64,000 bases of DNA from Dehalococcoidia bacterium (GTDB lineage: Bacteria > Chloroflexota > Dehalococcoidia > Lucifugimonadales > JAGWBF01): positions 14,759 through 78,758 of the forward strand of contig CBDFKS010000004.1 of the NCBI GenBank assembly GCA_965248905.1. The letters run 5' to 3'. A model generated the notes under the pieces. It had not been told where the DNA came from. It did not search any database and was given only the letters and a program-made list of their open reading frames with translations. Both the position numbers and the translations under genes were made by a program. This document shows positions 1 to 9,256 of the stretch, piece after piece. Every line of letters starts with the position of its first letter. Position 1 is the stretch's first letter.

Positions 1-27
1 AACCTTTATTATGGACGCTACGATGCG

Positions 28-1026
28 CTATCCGCTGGCCGCCGAGACCATAGCTTCAACGAGTGCCATGAGCACCCTAAGATCGTTAGCCATTGCTGTG
101 AATACCATGGAGCTAGGGGCGTTGCCCCAGTGCATATGATATATGGGCCCTCCCTTCCACTGCACCCAAGCGAGGTCACCCTCCCGTCCAGCAGCCAACA
201 CCTCCCAGTCTGAACCCTGGGCATAGAGGGCGACGAATTGACCGGCGTTGGTATCGGGCGGAAAGAAGCCCCCTTCGGCGAGGTCTTGGACGGTCACCGA
301 CGTCGCATTACCAGTCGTCTCTGGATCCTCTCCGTATATGGCTATGAGAAAGCCGGCGCCACGTCGCTCGAACGGTGCTCTGATCCTGTGTCCAGCGATC
401 TCTGAAGGTAATCTCTCGAACAAAGCCGAGCTCTCTTCGACATTGTTGGGCCAGGAGACAGTGCCAAGTACCGCGGGGGCTGAGGCCTCGGGCAACAGTT
501 CGAAAGACGGTTGGGGCTCCATGATTCCACAACCAACTAAGGCATCAAGCTCTTCGGGGGTTGGCGGGCGCTCCCCGGTTTTTTTCGCTTCACGTACTGC
601 CTGCTCCCCTATGGCCTCAACAAGACATGCCTCCTGCTCGGGTGTGAGTCCCTTCCCCTCCTCCACTGCCACTGGCTCGGGTGTGGGTCCATTCCCCTCT
701 CCCACTGCCACTGCGAGTCTGCAACCGGCGATAGCGTCAATCTCATGGGAGGTTGGCGGGCGCTGCCCGCTGGACACTTCACGTGCTGCCCGCTCCCCTA
801 TGGCCTCAGCAAGACATGCCTCCTGCTCGGGTGTGAGTCTACTCCTCTCCCTTACTACCACTGCTGGGGAGGGGGTTGGACTGGGTGCAGACGTGGCCGT
901 GGGGGAGGGGGTCGGACTGGGTGCAGACGTGGCGGTAGAAGAGGGGGTTGGCTTCGACTCTCCTCCGCATGCGACCAATATCACTAGCAATAGGGCTGCC
1001 ATCGGAACGATCAAACGCATGATCAA
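28..1026 (-). CDS. Secreted lipoprotein of unknown function with a Pro/Thr/Ser linker and a duplicated Cys-containing module
   Basis: The N-terminus MIMRLIVPMAALLLVILVACGG is a signal peptide plus lipobox (L-V-A-C). TATSAPSPTPSP occurs twice in tandem (36-bp DNA repeat at about 865-937). The module LTPEQEACL.EAIGE..RPPT..E.DA..GC occurs twice. Confidence 0.75.
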   Translation of the reverse strand: MIMRLIVPMAALLLVILVACGGESKPTPSSTATSAPSPTPSPTATSAPSPTPSPAVVVRERSRLTPEQEACLAEAIGERAAREVSSGQRPPTSHEIDAIAGCRLAVAVGEGNGPTPEPVAVEEGKGLTPEQEACLVEAIGEQAVREAKKTGERPPTPEELDALVGCGIMEPQPSFELLPEASAPAVLGTVSWPNNVEESSALFERLPSEIAGHRIRAPFERRGAGFLIAIYGEDPETTGNATSVTVQDLAEGGFFPPDTNAGQFVALYAQGSDWEVLAAGREGDLAWVQWKGGPIYHMHWGNAPSSMVFTAMANDLRVLMALVEAMVSAASG

Positions 1027-1091
1027 ACGGGCACCTCCTCATCTATCTGTGTCTTCGCTGCTGGCACTGGTGGCCGCTCGATGCAAAGCCA

Positions 1092-1919
1092 CTAGAGTTT
1101 AAAAACCTCGGCTGGTGTCCGGTAGTCCAAGGCCTGATGGGGTCTTTGGGTGTTGTAGAAGCGAAAGTAGGCGTCGAGCCCGGCCTTGGCCTCCCGTCCG
1201 TTCGAGTAAGCATTCAGGTAGACCTCTTCGTACTTCACTGTCCTCCACAGCCGCTCCACAAAGATGTTGTCAGTGTACCGCCCTTTCCCGTCCATGCTGA
1301 TTCTAACACCATCCCGCTCGACAAGCCCGGTAAAGGCCTCGCTGGTGAATTGGCTCCCTTGGTCGGTGTTGAAGACCTCCGGCTTTCCTTTGCTCAGCGC
1401 CTTCTCGAAGGCCTCGAGGCAGAAGTCGACATCCAGGGTGTTGGACAGGCTCCAGGCCACCGCGTAGCGGCTATACCAGTCCATGATGGCCACCAGGTAC
1501 AGGAAGCCTCTGGCCATAGGGATGTATGTAATGTCGGCTGCCCACACCTGGTTGGGTCGGGTGATCTCCATGCCACTCAGCAAGTAGGGATACACCTTGT
1601 GCCCTGGTGCCGGCCGGCTGGTCCGAGGCCGCCGGTAGATGGCTGTCAGCCCCATGGTCCGCATTAAGCGCTGGACCCGCTTCCGGCTCACCTGGTGGCC
1701 CTGCCTACTGAGCCAGACCCTTATGCGCCGCGATCCGTAGAAAGGCGTGACCAGGTATTGCTGGTCTATCAGCTTCATCAAGGCCAGGTCTCCAGGGAGT
1801 ACTCCCTTGGGCCGGTAATACAGGCTGGAGCGGCTGATGTCCAGCAAGGCGCACTGCCGGACCGTAGACAGGGCCGGATGCTGGCGGTCGACCATTCCAC
1901 GCCGCCGCTCCCGGCTCAT
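1092..1919 (-). CDS. IS3-family transposase OrfB (DDE / rve integrase core)
   Basis: DDE-type motifs are present: [23 protein letters not shown] and [16 protein letters not shown]. The C-terminal [10 protein letters not shown] is typical of the rve domain. Confidence 0.93.
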   Translation of the reverse strand: MSRERRRGMVDRQHPALSTVRQCALLDISRSSLYYRPKGVLPGDLALMKLIDQQYLVTPFYGSRRIRVWLSRQGHQVSRKRVQRLMRTMGLTAIYRRPRTSRPAPGHKVYPYLLSGMEITRPNQVWAADITYIPMARGFLYLVAIMDWYSRYAVAWSLSNTLDVDFCLEAFEKALSKGKPEVFNTDQGSQFTSEAFTGLVERDGVRISMDGKGRYTDNIFVERLWRTVKYEEVYLNAYSNGREAKAGLDAYFRFYNTQRPHQALDYRTPAEVFKL

Positions 1920-2200
1920 GGACCGGACCGTTCCTCCAAGAAATCCCGTTCCACCTTCAGTTGGCCGATCTGCTGGTAAAGCCGGGCCACGAGGGCTTCA
2001 TCGGCCTTTTGGCGTCTCTCGTGGTTGCCGCCGAAGATGCTGGCCGCTCCCCCAAGCAAGGCCTTCTTCCACGCCTGGATCTGGCTCGGATGGACCTCAT
2101 ACCGGGCGGCCAGCTGGGCTATCGTCTCCTCCCCCTTCACCGCCTCTAAGGCCACCCTGGCCTTGAACGACGCACTGTGTTTCCTTCGTCCTTGTGACAC
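1916..2200 (-). CDS. IS3-family transposase OrfA (HTH)
   Basis: The sequence MSQGRRKHSASFKARVALEAVKGEETIAQLAARYEVHPSQIQAWKK matches the IS3/IS911-type HTH_Tnp_1. Its stop overlaps the orfB start. Confidence 0.9.
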   Translation of the reverse strand: MSQGRRKHSASFKARVALEAVKGEETIAQLAARYEVHPSQIQAWKKALLGGAASIFGGNHERRQKADEALVARLYQQIGQLKVERDFLEERSGP

Positions 2201-2288
2201 GTCCCGCTCCTCCTTTACAACTGATCTGATTTTAGAAGCAGGACTCTCGCTTAGCTACCTGTCCAGTTTTCCGGGTCCACCTCACTCA

Positions 2289-3467
2289 TCGGCGAGCGCA
2301 ACATGCCTGAGTTTACAAAAAACGCTCTTAGAAAGAATCCGGTATGTCGAGGATCAGATACGGGTCGCCAGATCGGAGATCAAGAATGCGAAGGCGGTGT
2401 TCAGTCGATACGTTGGATCGGACACAGACAGAAATTACAAACGTGAGGCCAAGAGTGCTATCAAGTCTCAAAACAGCAAGCTGGAAGGATACAAGCGGGT
2501 ACTGCATATTCTGAAGGACGTCGGAGATGCGATCGCATTTACGTATATTGATAAGTACGACATCAAGCCCATGCGTTTCAAGGAGGCATCCGGCTTCGTA
2601 TCCGGAAAAGCAGGATTGCGAGAGGAATGGCGCCTACTGCGAAAGATTTTTGAACAAGGTGGCATTGGCATATTGAACGACCTTACCCATTGCCTTCGGT
2701 ACGGCGACATTATTGCTGGGCAAGGAAACAGACTGTTCGCAATTTTCGAAGTCAAGTCAGGAACGCATAGAAACCAGCGGGCAAAGAGACAGTTCGCTAG
2801 CATCAACAAACTTGCGGGCTACTTGAAGACCGACACGACACACGAGCTATATGGAATGCGCGGCAAGTTCCAACGAATCGCGGTGTGCGGCGAAGAGGCG
2901 CATAATAGGAAGCGACTGGACTCCATCATTAGACAGGCTAGGAAATGTGGCCTAAGCTGGGAAGAGGTGGAGCCGGGCCTTTTTTATGTTGTCATGTACG
3001 AGCCCAGGATGGATTGGATGACGTCGGTGCAACAAAGATGTATTGGTCAGCCAATGCTGGTGATTGTGAACGGATTCAAATGGAAGAATCTCGCCTACTA
3101 ACCGTTCACGCTGTCCATCCACGATCTGGATGCACTGTGGGAGTTCTATCTTGGTAAAATGCTTATTGCGATAGTCATTGACACCAACAAATTGGCTGAG
3201 CAATTCAATTCCCGAGGGTTGTCGCTGGAACTCCTGGATGACCAGAACTCGGCAATGATGATAAGTTATCTTGGTGATCCAATATCTGGGTCGGAGGAAA
3301 CCGAAACATGGGTCAGTCGTCATTTATTTGATAGGTTGTTCGCTGAGTTCTTAAGTTTAGAGTGGCATTGTTCTCAGATTGCCCGTTTAGCGAAAAACGC
3401 TGGCACGGACCGAATAGGCGACTTCAATGGTAAGGAACCGGTGCTTAATCCACTCTACCTCCACTGA
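2289..3467 (+). pseudogene. Decayed gene for a PD-(D/E)xK-like protein, 5'-truncated by the IS and carrying an in-frame TAA
   Basis: There is no in-frame canonical start between the IS end and 2571. The TAA at 3099-3101 is followed in the same frame by ORF 3159-3467 (..KWKNLAY*PFTLSIHDLDALWEFYLGKMLIAIV..). The pattern GDIIAGQGNRLFAIFEVKSG fits D-x14-E-x-K. Confidence 0.55.
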
Positions 3468-3508
3468 TCCAACGAAATTAGCGCGAAAGGACTCTCGCAG
3501 ACGTACGA

Positions 3509-4918
3509 TTAAGCGTTGGGCGGACGCATGGTGTGCCAGGGGGTGCTCTGCTCGTAGGCGTGGGCCACCTTCAGTATGGTCTCCTCACCGCCTAGACGGC
3601 CCCCTATTTGGAAACCGATGGGCAGGTTCTGGGAGGTGAATCCGCAGGGCACCGTGATGGCGGGGGCGCTGGCCAGGTTAAAGGTGGGGGTCAGTAGATA
3701 GCCCAGCCGCCGACCGGATTCCTTGCTAGTAACCGGCTTGTTGAAGTCCTCGACCTTTGGGGCCGGTTTGCCCAGGGTCGGTAACACCAGGACATCGTAT
3801 CGCTCCAGGGCATCATGGACCTGCCGTCGAAGAAGCTCTCTAAGCTTCTGGGCCTTGTAGTACGCCTGGGCAGGCAGGACACTGCCCGTAAGGAACCCCA
3901 CGCGAAGCCTGTCCCCGTATTCCTGAAGCCGCGTCTTTATCCACTCTCGATGGTTCAGGGCGGGTTCCACAAGCAATGGCAACGTGGTGATTAGCATTGC
4001 GTGTTTGGTAAGGGGGAGAGAGACTTCTTCCACCGACGCCCCAAGCTCTCCAAGCACCGATGAGGCCTTGACCACGGCTTCCCTGATGTCCGTATCTACT
4101 ACATCGTCGTTGACCAGCTCCGTGATTATGCCCACTTTCATGCTTTTTATATCGCCACCCAGGACTCGCCTGTAGTCGGGCACGGGCGTATTCCATGTAT
4201 AGGGGTCCTTGGCATCGTATCCGGCGATGGCCCCCAGGGTAATAGCCGCGTCCTCGACCGTGCGAGAGATGGGGCCGACGGCGTCCATGGACCAGACTCC
4301 ACGCAAAACACCGTAGCGGCTTACCCGGCCCCACGTGGGCCTAAGACCCACCAGACCACACCAGCCCGCTGGCATTCTTATGGACCCCCCTGTATCCTCA
4401 CCCAGGGAGGTTGCGCAGAGGAAAGCCGCCGTGGCAGCCCCCGAGCCGCTGCTGGAGGCCCCGGCATACAGGTCCAGGTTCCACGGGTTGCGGGGCACGC
4501 TGTAACGCTGAAATCCGCCCGCGACCGCGAACTCGGTGACATTGGTCTTGCCCAGGAGAATAGCTCCGTTCTTTTTGAGATTAGCAACTGCGGTGGCATC
4601 CTCGCCGGGCACGAAATCGATAAGCAGCCGGGAGCCACCGGTAGTGCGGACATCTTTGCTCCAGATCTGGTCCTTCACGCCCACCGGAATGCCGTGCATA
4701 GGCCCCAGGTAATTGCCCTGGCCGATGGACCGCTCCGCCTCCTGTGCAGCCTGAAGGGCTTGCTTGCGACATACCGTTAGATACGCGTTGAACTTGAAGT
4801 CCAGGTCGTCAATCCGGTCCAGGTAGGCCTCGGTGACCTCGACGGGAGAGACCTCTTTCTTCTCTATTAGCTTTGAGAGCTCCGAGACTGAAAGGTAGGG
4901 GATTTGTGCCTTGTCCAC
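3509..4918 (-). CDS. Amidase-signature (AS) family amidase, paralog 1
   Basis: AS motifs are present: GIPVGVKDQ (Lys), AGASSSGSGAATAA (cis-Ser region) and GEDTGGSIRMPA (nucleophile Ser). GTG start with GGAGG 5 nt upstream. Confidence 0.92.
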   Translation of the reverse strand: MDKAQIPYLSVSELSKLIEKKEVSPVEVTEAYLDRIDDLDFKFNAYLTVCRKQALQAAQEAERSIGQGNYLGPMHGIPVGVKDQIWSKDVRTTGGSRLLIDFVPGEDATAVANLKKNGAILLGKTNVTEFAVAGGFQRYSVPRNPWNLDLYAGASSSGSGAATAAFLCATSLGEDTGGSIRMPAGWCGLVGLRPTWGRVSRYGVLRGVWSMDAVGPISRTVEDAAITLGAIAGYDAKDPYTWNTPVPDYRRVLGGDIKSMKVGIITELVNDDVVDTDIREAVVKASSVLGELGASVEEVSLPLTKHAMLITTLPLLVEPALNHREWIKTRLQEYGDRLRVGFLTGSVLPAQAYYKAQKLRELLRRQVHDALERYDVLVLPTLGKPAPKVEDFNKPVTSKESGRRLGYLLTPTFNLASAPAITVPCGFTSQNLPIGFQIGGRLGGEETILKVAHAYEQSTPWHTMRPPNA

Positions 4919-4943
4919 GTTACCTCCTCTGTCATGCCTTCGA

Positions 4944-5042
4944 TGGGCAGCCTCCTCTCCCCTTGCGGGAGAGGATTGAGGTGAGGGGTATCACCCCCAT
5001 CCTGACCTTCCCCCATCGAGAGGGAAGGGAGTTCTCTCGACT
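4944..5042. repeat. REP-like nested-hairpin intergenic element (copy A)
   Basis: Hairpins ctctcccc-ttgc-gggagag, ggggt-atc-acccc and ccttccccc-atcga-gagggaagg. The same modules recur at 6530-6628, 49291-49445 and 61058-61189. Confidence 0.8.
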
Positions 5043-5082
5043 TAGGATAAACCAACCAACATCTTGCAGGATAAGTCTGACA

Positions 5083-6504
5083 TCATGCGTTTGGCGGCCT
5101 CATGGTGTGCCAGGGAGTCGCCTGCTCGTAGGCATGGGCAACCTTGAGTACAGTCTCCTCATCACCGGGACGGCCCCCTAGCTGAAGGCCTATGGGCAGC
5201 CCATCGGAGCTGAAGCCACATGGCACGGATATGGACGGATCACCCGCTGCACTAAAGATCTGGGTCATGAGATAGGGGGGCTGAAGCGCCGACTGCTTGC
5301 TAGTAAGGGGCAGGTCTGCCTCGAAGGGCCGAGCGGTCTGCCTGGTAGTGGGCAGAGCCAGGACATCGAACCTCTCGAGGGCCTGATGGACCTGCTGACG
5401 CATCATATTCTTGAGCTTCTGGGCTTTGTAATACGCCTGAGCCGGCAAAATGCTGCCGACAAGCAATATGGTCTTGATGTCGTTGCCGTAGTCCTTGAGC
5501 CGCTCCGGGAGGCGATCCCGATGGTGGGGGGCCGACTCCACACACATGTGTACCCGCTGAATAAGATTAGCCCATCGAAGGATGGAATGTCTGATTAATG
5601 GAAGGGTCACCTCTTCCACCGACGCCCCCAGCTCCTCCAACACTGTGGTAGCCTTAATGACTGCCTGCCTGACATCTTCGTCGACCAAGTCGGTGTAGAC
5701 CTGCTCCGCAAGTACTCCGACACGGAGACCCCTTATGTCGCCCGTCAAGGCTTTCTGAAAATCGGGCACGGCTACGTCCCAGGTGTACCTATCCTTGGAA
5801 TCATAGCCAGCGATGGCGCCCAAGGTGATGGCGGCGTCCTCTACCGTGCGAGAGATAGGGCCTACGGTGTCCATGGACCAGACCGCCCCCAGGACCCCAT
5901 ACCGGCTAACCCTGCCGTAGCTGGGCAGAAGGCCCACGATACCGCAGCAGGACGCCGGCGCTCGGATGGAGCCGCCCGTATCTTCTCCCAGGGAGCTGGC
6001 GCATAGATAGGCGGCCGTGGCTGCTCCGGAGCCGCTGCTTGAAGCGCCTGTCTCTCGGTCGAAACCCCATGGGTTGTGGGGTAGGCTGAACCGGTGAGCG
6101 AAGCGGGTCATGGCAAACTCGGTCATGTTGAGCTTACCCAAGAGTATGGCCCCGGCCTTCTTCAGGTTGGCCACAACTGTTGCATCTTCTTCGGGGACGA
6201 AGTCGGACAGGATGGGCGACCCACCGGTCGTCCTGATGCCTTTGCTCCAGAACTGGTCTTTCACGGCCACCGGGATGCCGTGCATGGGGCCCAGGTAATT
6301 GCCTCCGGCGATGTCACGCTCGGCCTTCTGGGCCGCTTCCAACGCTTCCTTCCGGGACACGGTCAGATAGGAGTTGAATTTGAAGTCTAGGTCGTCGATG
6401 CGCTCCAAGTAGGCTTCGGTGGCCTCGACGGGAGATACCTTTTCCCCCTCTATCAGCCTGGAGAGCTCGGTCGCGGAAAGATAAGGGATGTCTGGCTTGT
6501 CCAC
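5083..6504 (-). CDS. Amidase-signature family amidase, paralog 2 (start re-set to GTG at 6504)
   Basis: It has the same AS motifs (GASSSGSGAATAA, GEDTGGSIRAPA). aGGAGGtaacGTGGACAAG mirrors the paralog 1 start. The longer ORF-track start (6603) reads through the REP element (..GDTPHLNPLPQGERR..). Confidence 0.9.
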   Translation of the reverse strand: MDKPDIPYLSATELSRLIEGEKVSPVEATEAYLERIDDLDFKFNSYLTVSRKEALEAAQKAERDIAGGNYLGPMHGIPVAVKDQFWSKGIRTTGGSPILSDFVPEEDATVVANLKKAGAILLGKLNMTEFAMTRFAHRFSLPHNPWGFDRETGASSSGSGAATAAYLCASSLGEDTGGSIRAPASCCGIVGLLPSYGRVSRYGVLGAVWSMDTVGPISRTVEDAAITLGAIAGYDSKDRYTWDVAVPDFQKALTGDIRGLRVGVLAEQVYTDLVDEDVRQAVIKATTVLEELGASVEEVTLPLIRHSILRWANLIQRVHMCVESAPHHRDRLPERLKDYGNDIKTILLVGSILPAQAYYKAQKLKNMMRQQVHQALERFDVLALPTTRQTARPFEADLPLTSKQSALQPPYLMTQIFSAAGDPSISVPCGFSSDGLPIGLQLGGRPGDEETVLKVAHAYEQATPWHTMRPPNA

Positions 6505-6529
6505 GTTACCTCCTATGCACGCCTTTACG

Positions 6530-6628
6530 GGCAGCCTCCTCTCCCCTTGTGGGAGAGGATTTAGGTGAGGGGTATCACCCCCATCCCACCCTTCCCCCAT
6601 CAATGGGGAAGGAGTTTTTCTCGATCTT
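6530..6628. repeat. REP-like nested-hairpin intergenic element (copy B)
   Basis: It is near-identical to copy A (gcagcctcctctccccttgtgggagaggatttaggtgaggggtatcacccccatcc..cttcccccatcaatggggaagg). The whole spacer is homologous to spacer 4919-5082, so it was duplicated together with the amidase gene. Confidence 0.8.
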
Positions 6629-6661
6629 GGGCAAACTTACATTTTCTGGAAAAACCTGACA

Positions 6662-8065
6662 TCATACATTTGGTGGCCTCATTTTGTGCCAATCGGTGCT
6701 CTGCTCGTAGGCGTGGGACACCTTCAGAACAGTCTCTTCCCCACCGGGACGGCTGCCTATCTGGAATCCTATGGGCAAGCCCTGTGACGTAAAGCCACAG
6801 GGCACCGAGATAGCCGTAGCTCCAGCCAAATTGAACATGAATGTCAGCAGATAGTTCAGTCCTCGCATCGACCTTTCATTCTCTATGGGTCCCGCTTGCT
6901 CTATCGGGAGGGCCGGAGTGCCTGTAGTGGGCGACACCAACACGTCGTATTTATCCAGATCCTCGAGCATTTGCTGTCGCAACAGACTGCGTAGCTTTTG
7001 CGCCTTGTAATAAGCCTGAGCCGGTATGATGCTCCCAGTCAGTAGTCCGATCTGGTTGCTATGGCTGTATTCGTGCAAACGCTCTTTCACCCAATCCCGA
7101 TGCTTCAGCGACGCTTCCACGGCCAACATCACCCATGTGATCACAAGACCGTGTTTCGTTAGAGGAAGAGATACATCTTCGACTGATGCCCCAAGCTCCG
7201 CCAGTACTGAGATAGCCTTGGTGACTGCGTCCCGTACCTCCGGTTCCACCGCGTCGCTGTTAAGCTCCTCTACCATTACTCCAACGCGCATGCCCTTTAT
7301 GCTGCCGTTCAGCGACTTTCTGTAGTCGGGTACAGGGACCTTCCAGGTATAGGCGTCCTTGGGATCATAGCCCGCGATGGCTCCAAGGGTGATGGCCGCA
7401 TCCTCCACGGTCCGAGAAATAGGGCCGACTGTATCCATGGACCAAACCCCAGGCATTAATCCGTAGCGGCTCACTCGCCCCCACGTCGGCTGTAATCCCA
7501 CCACACCACTCCAGCTTGCGGGGAAGCGAACGGAGCCACCTGTGTCTTCGCCTAACGAGGTGGCGCACAGGAAAGCGGAGGTTGCCACTCCTGAGCCGCT
7601 GCTGGAGGTACCGGCAAGCCTGTCCAGGTCCCAAGGATTACGAGGAGTGCTAAACCGCTGGGGAATATCGATGGCAAACTCGCTCAAGTTCGTCTTGCCT
7701 AGCAGAATCGCCCCAGCCCTCTTGATATTCGCTATCACCGTGGCGTCCTCGTCAGGAATGAAGTCCGCGAGTATTCGAGAGCCACCCGTGGACCGAATTC
7801 CCTTACTCCAGAGCTGGTCCTTCACAGCCACGGGAACTCCGTGCATCGGCCCCAGATAGTTCCCTTGAGCTATGGCTTTCTCAGCCTGTTTAGCAGCCTG
7901 GATAGCTTCCCTTCGGCATACTGTTAGATAAGAATTGAACTTGAAGTCCAAGTCATCGATGCGGTCCAGGTAGGCCTCGGTGATCTCGACAGGGGAGATT
8001 TGCTTCGACTCAATTAATCGGGAGAGCTCGGTGGTGGATAGGAAGGGCAGTTCCGATTTACTCAT
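6662..8065 (-). CDS. Amidase-signature family amidase, paralog 3
   Basis: GVPVAVKDQ, GTSSSGSGVATSA and GEDTGGSVRFPA are present. By eye it is well over half identical to paralogs 1 and 2 across the N-terminal 240 aa. Confidence 0.92.
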   Translation of the reverse strand: MSKSELPFLSTTELSRLIESKQISPVEITEAYLDRIDDLDFKFNSYLTVCRREAIQAAKQAEKAIAQGNYLGPMHGVPVAVKDQLWSKGIRSTGGSRILADFIPDEDATVIANIKRAGAILLGKTNLSEFAIDIPQRFSTPRNPWDLDRLAGTSSSGSGVATSAFLCATSLGEDTGGSVRFPASWSGVVGLQPTWGRVSRYGLMPGVWSMDTVGPISRTVEDAAITLGAIAGYDPKDAYTWKVPVPDYRKSLNGSIKGMRVGVMVEELNSDAVEPEVRDAVTKAISVLAELGASVEDVSLPLTKHGLVITWVMLAVEASLKHRDWVKERLHEYSHSNQIGLLTGSIIPAQAYYKAQKLRSLLRQQMLEDLDKYDVLVSPTTGTPALPIEQAGPIENERSMRGLNYLLTFMFNLAGATAISVPCGFTSQGLPIGFQIGSRPGGEETVLKVSHAYEQSTDWHKMRPPNV

Positions 8066-8204
8066 GGCAACCCTCAGTCACAGCCTTTCCATCAATAAAC
8101 TTCTGCAGCAAACGAGGCCACCAACTTTTGCATCGGGAGAGAGGAACGGTGAAGAGACGGGCTCCTCAGCGCACGGTGTTCGGCTCGGGTAGGGTTATCA
8201 CTTT

Positions 8205-8387
8205 TTATTTGGGTGGGATGATGATGGGCAGGGGCTCTACGTTTTCAAGACCGGGAGGATTGATCTGGTCCAGAGCTTCCAGTATGGCGTTGATGCTATA
8301 CATAACCTCGGTCAACTCGGGGTCCTCGATCTCCAGACCCACTGCGTGGCCCATGGCTTTCACTTCATCCTTCGTCAAATCTACCAT
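8205..8387 (-). CDS. GatC-like / AtzG-like small protein (60 aa), probable amidase partner subunit
   Basis: LTKDEVKAMGHAVGLEIEDPELTEVMYSINAILEALDQINPPGLENVEPLP follows the GatC pattern (..E.V..IA.LA.L.L...E......L..IL.....L.....VEP). A strong AGGAGGAT SD lies upstream. It is the first gene of the minus-strand amidase operon. Confidence 0.7.
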   Translation of the reverse strand: MVDLTKDEVKAMGHAVGLEIEDPELTEVMYSINAILEALDQINPPGLENVEPLPIIIPPK

Positions 8388-8573
8388 ACCATCCTCCTCA
8401 TAACGTGCGACAGAATATCGGTGCTAACACCTATATGTTCGAGATTACCCTTATTCTCTTTAAAACTAAACCTCGTGTCAAGACGAGCACACCAAGCCTA
8501 GGCCGTACCTACACTCTCGATGATCATGAGCCTAACCGCGTCTGAAACTCTTCACAGAGTGAGTCCATGCGGC

Positions 8574-8602
8574 TTGACACTGCTAGCGCATACTTTTACC
8601 AT
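8574..8602 (+). promoter_or_regulatory. Candidate sigma70-type promoter (TTGACA-17 nt-TACCAT) for the regulator gene
   Basis: TTGACA at 8574-8579, a 17-nt spacer, then TACCAT at 8597-8602. This would give a near-leaderless mRNA for the ATG at 8612. The call rests on sequence pattern only. Confidence 0.3.
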
Positions 8603-8611
8603 ATTATTAGC

Positions 8612-9256
8612 ATGCGTTCGAAGAATGAACAACAGAGCTCTATGGACGACTCCGCATATCGAGAGCTACGTCTGTTATCGGAAATCCAGCATACGTCCGA
8701 GGCAACCCAGCGAGACCTCTCACGAAGTCTGGGCATTGCCCTCGGGCTTACCAACGTACTGTTACGCAACCTCGCTCAAAAGGGGTACATACGCGTCACA
8801 CATGCCCGCTGGAAGCGTTGGTTGTACGCTCTAACGCCATCGGGATTTTCACGCAAGATTCAGCTCACAGTTTCCTACGTGCACCGAGTCCTTGACCACT
8901 ACCAGAACGTGCGCCAGACGCTGCGCGACGAGCTGGAGCCCCTTCACCTAAACGAGGAGTCTCGAATTGCCATTTATGGGACCGGTGAGTTCGCAGAGCT
9001 CGTCTATCTGGGAGTGAAAGAGTACGGGATAGAAGAGATAGACATCTTCGGGTCCATTAATCCTGGCAACGGAAAGTTCCTGGGCATGAGCATAAAGGAG
9101 ATCGAATCCCTTTCGCCCGAGAACTACGACAGAGTAATCATCGCCTCTTTGCAAGAAGTCCAAAACAAACGTGAGGATCTGGCCCTTCGGGGAGTCTATC
9201 AAGAAAACATCGTGACTTTTCTGCCGGAAGCTACAGGGGGTAATAATGGCTTTTGA
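8612..9256 (+). CDS. Winged-helix (MarR/EPS-associated-like) transcriptional regulator with a C-terminal Rossmann-like domain
   Basis: The wHTH segment is SEATQRDLSRSLGIALGLTNVLLRNLAQKGYIRV. The C-terminal part contains IAIYGTGEFAELVYLG. The start is ambiguous: 8567 (ORF track), 8612 or 8642. Confidence 0.75.
   Translation: MRSKNEQQSSMDDSAYRELRLLSEIQHTSEATQRDLSRSLGIALGLTNVLLRNLAQKGYIRVTHARWKRWLYALTPSGFSRKIQLTVSYVHRVLDHYQNVRQTLRDELEPLHLNEESRIAIYGTGEFAELVYLGVKEYGIEEIDIFGSINPGNGKFLGMSIKEIESLSPENYDRVIIASLQEVQNKREDLALRGVYQENIVTFLPEATGGNNGF

Larger units (their letters stand above)
1060..2290 (-). mobile_element. IS3-family insertion sequence (orfA + orfB); boundaries approximate
   Basis: It has two overlapping transposase ORFs (ATGA overlap at 1916-1919). 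The orfA-proximal end ...ctgtccagttttccgggtccacctcactca (to about 2288) reads TGAGTGAGG... on the IS strand, as IS3 ends start with TG. Only a weak matching inverted repeat is seen near 1062 (tggcactggtggcc). No clear target-site duplication was found. Confidence 0.7.

Noticed and set aside
248-1102. 284-aa plus-strand ORF opposite the lipoprotein gene
   Set aside because: It is an antisense shadow ORF in GC-rich repetitive DNA. Its translation is low-complexity (S/G/A/P-rich) with no motif, whereas the minus-strand frame has a clean signal peptide and lipobox.
6505-6603. N-terminal extension of amidase paralog 2 (MMGEGWDGGDTPHLNPLPQGERRLPVKACIGGN)
   Set aside because: The extension is a translation of the REP-like hairpin element. 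An SD plus GTG at 6504 exactly mirrors the start of paralog 1.
4944-6628. Possibility that the repeated hairpin elements are a CRISPR array
   Set aside because: There are only two copies here, about 1.6 kb apart and separated by a whole gene. The units are internally palindromic composites of about 100 nt rather than 25-40-nt direct repeats with unique spacers. No cas genes are present.
3509-8065. Annotating the three amidases as GatA of the GatCAB tRNA amidotransferase
   Set aside because: No gatB is present. There are three divergent tandem paralogs, and the GEDTGGS variant and the context fit catabolic AS amidases better. Only the small GatC-like partner is reminiscent of GatCAB.
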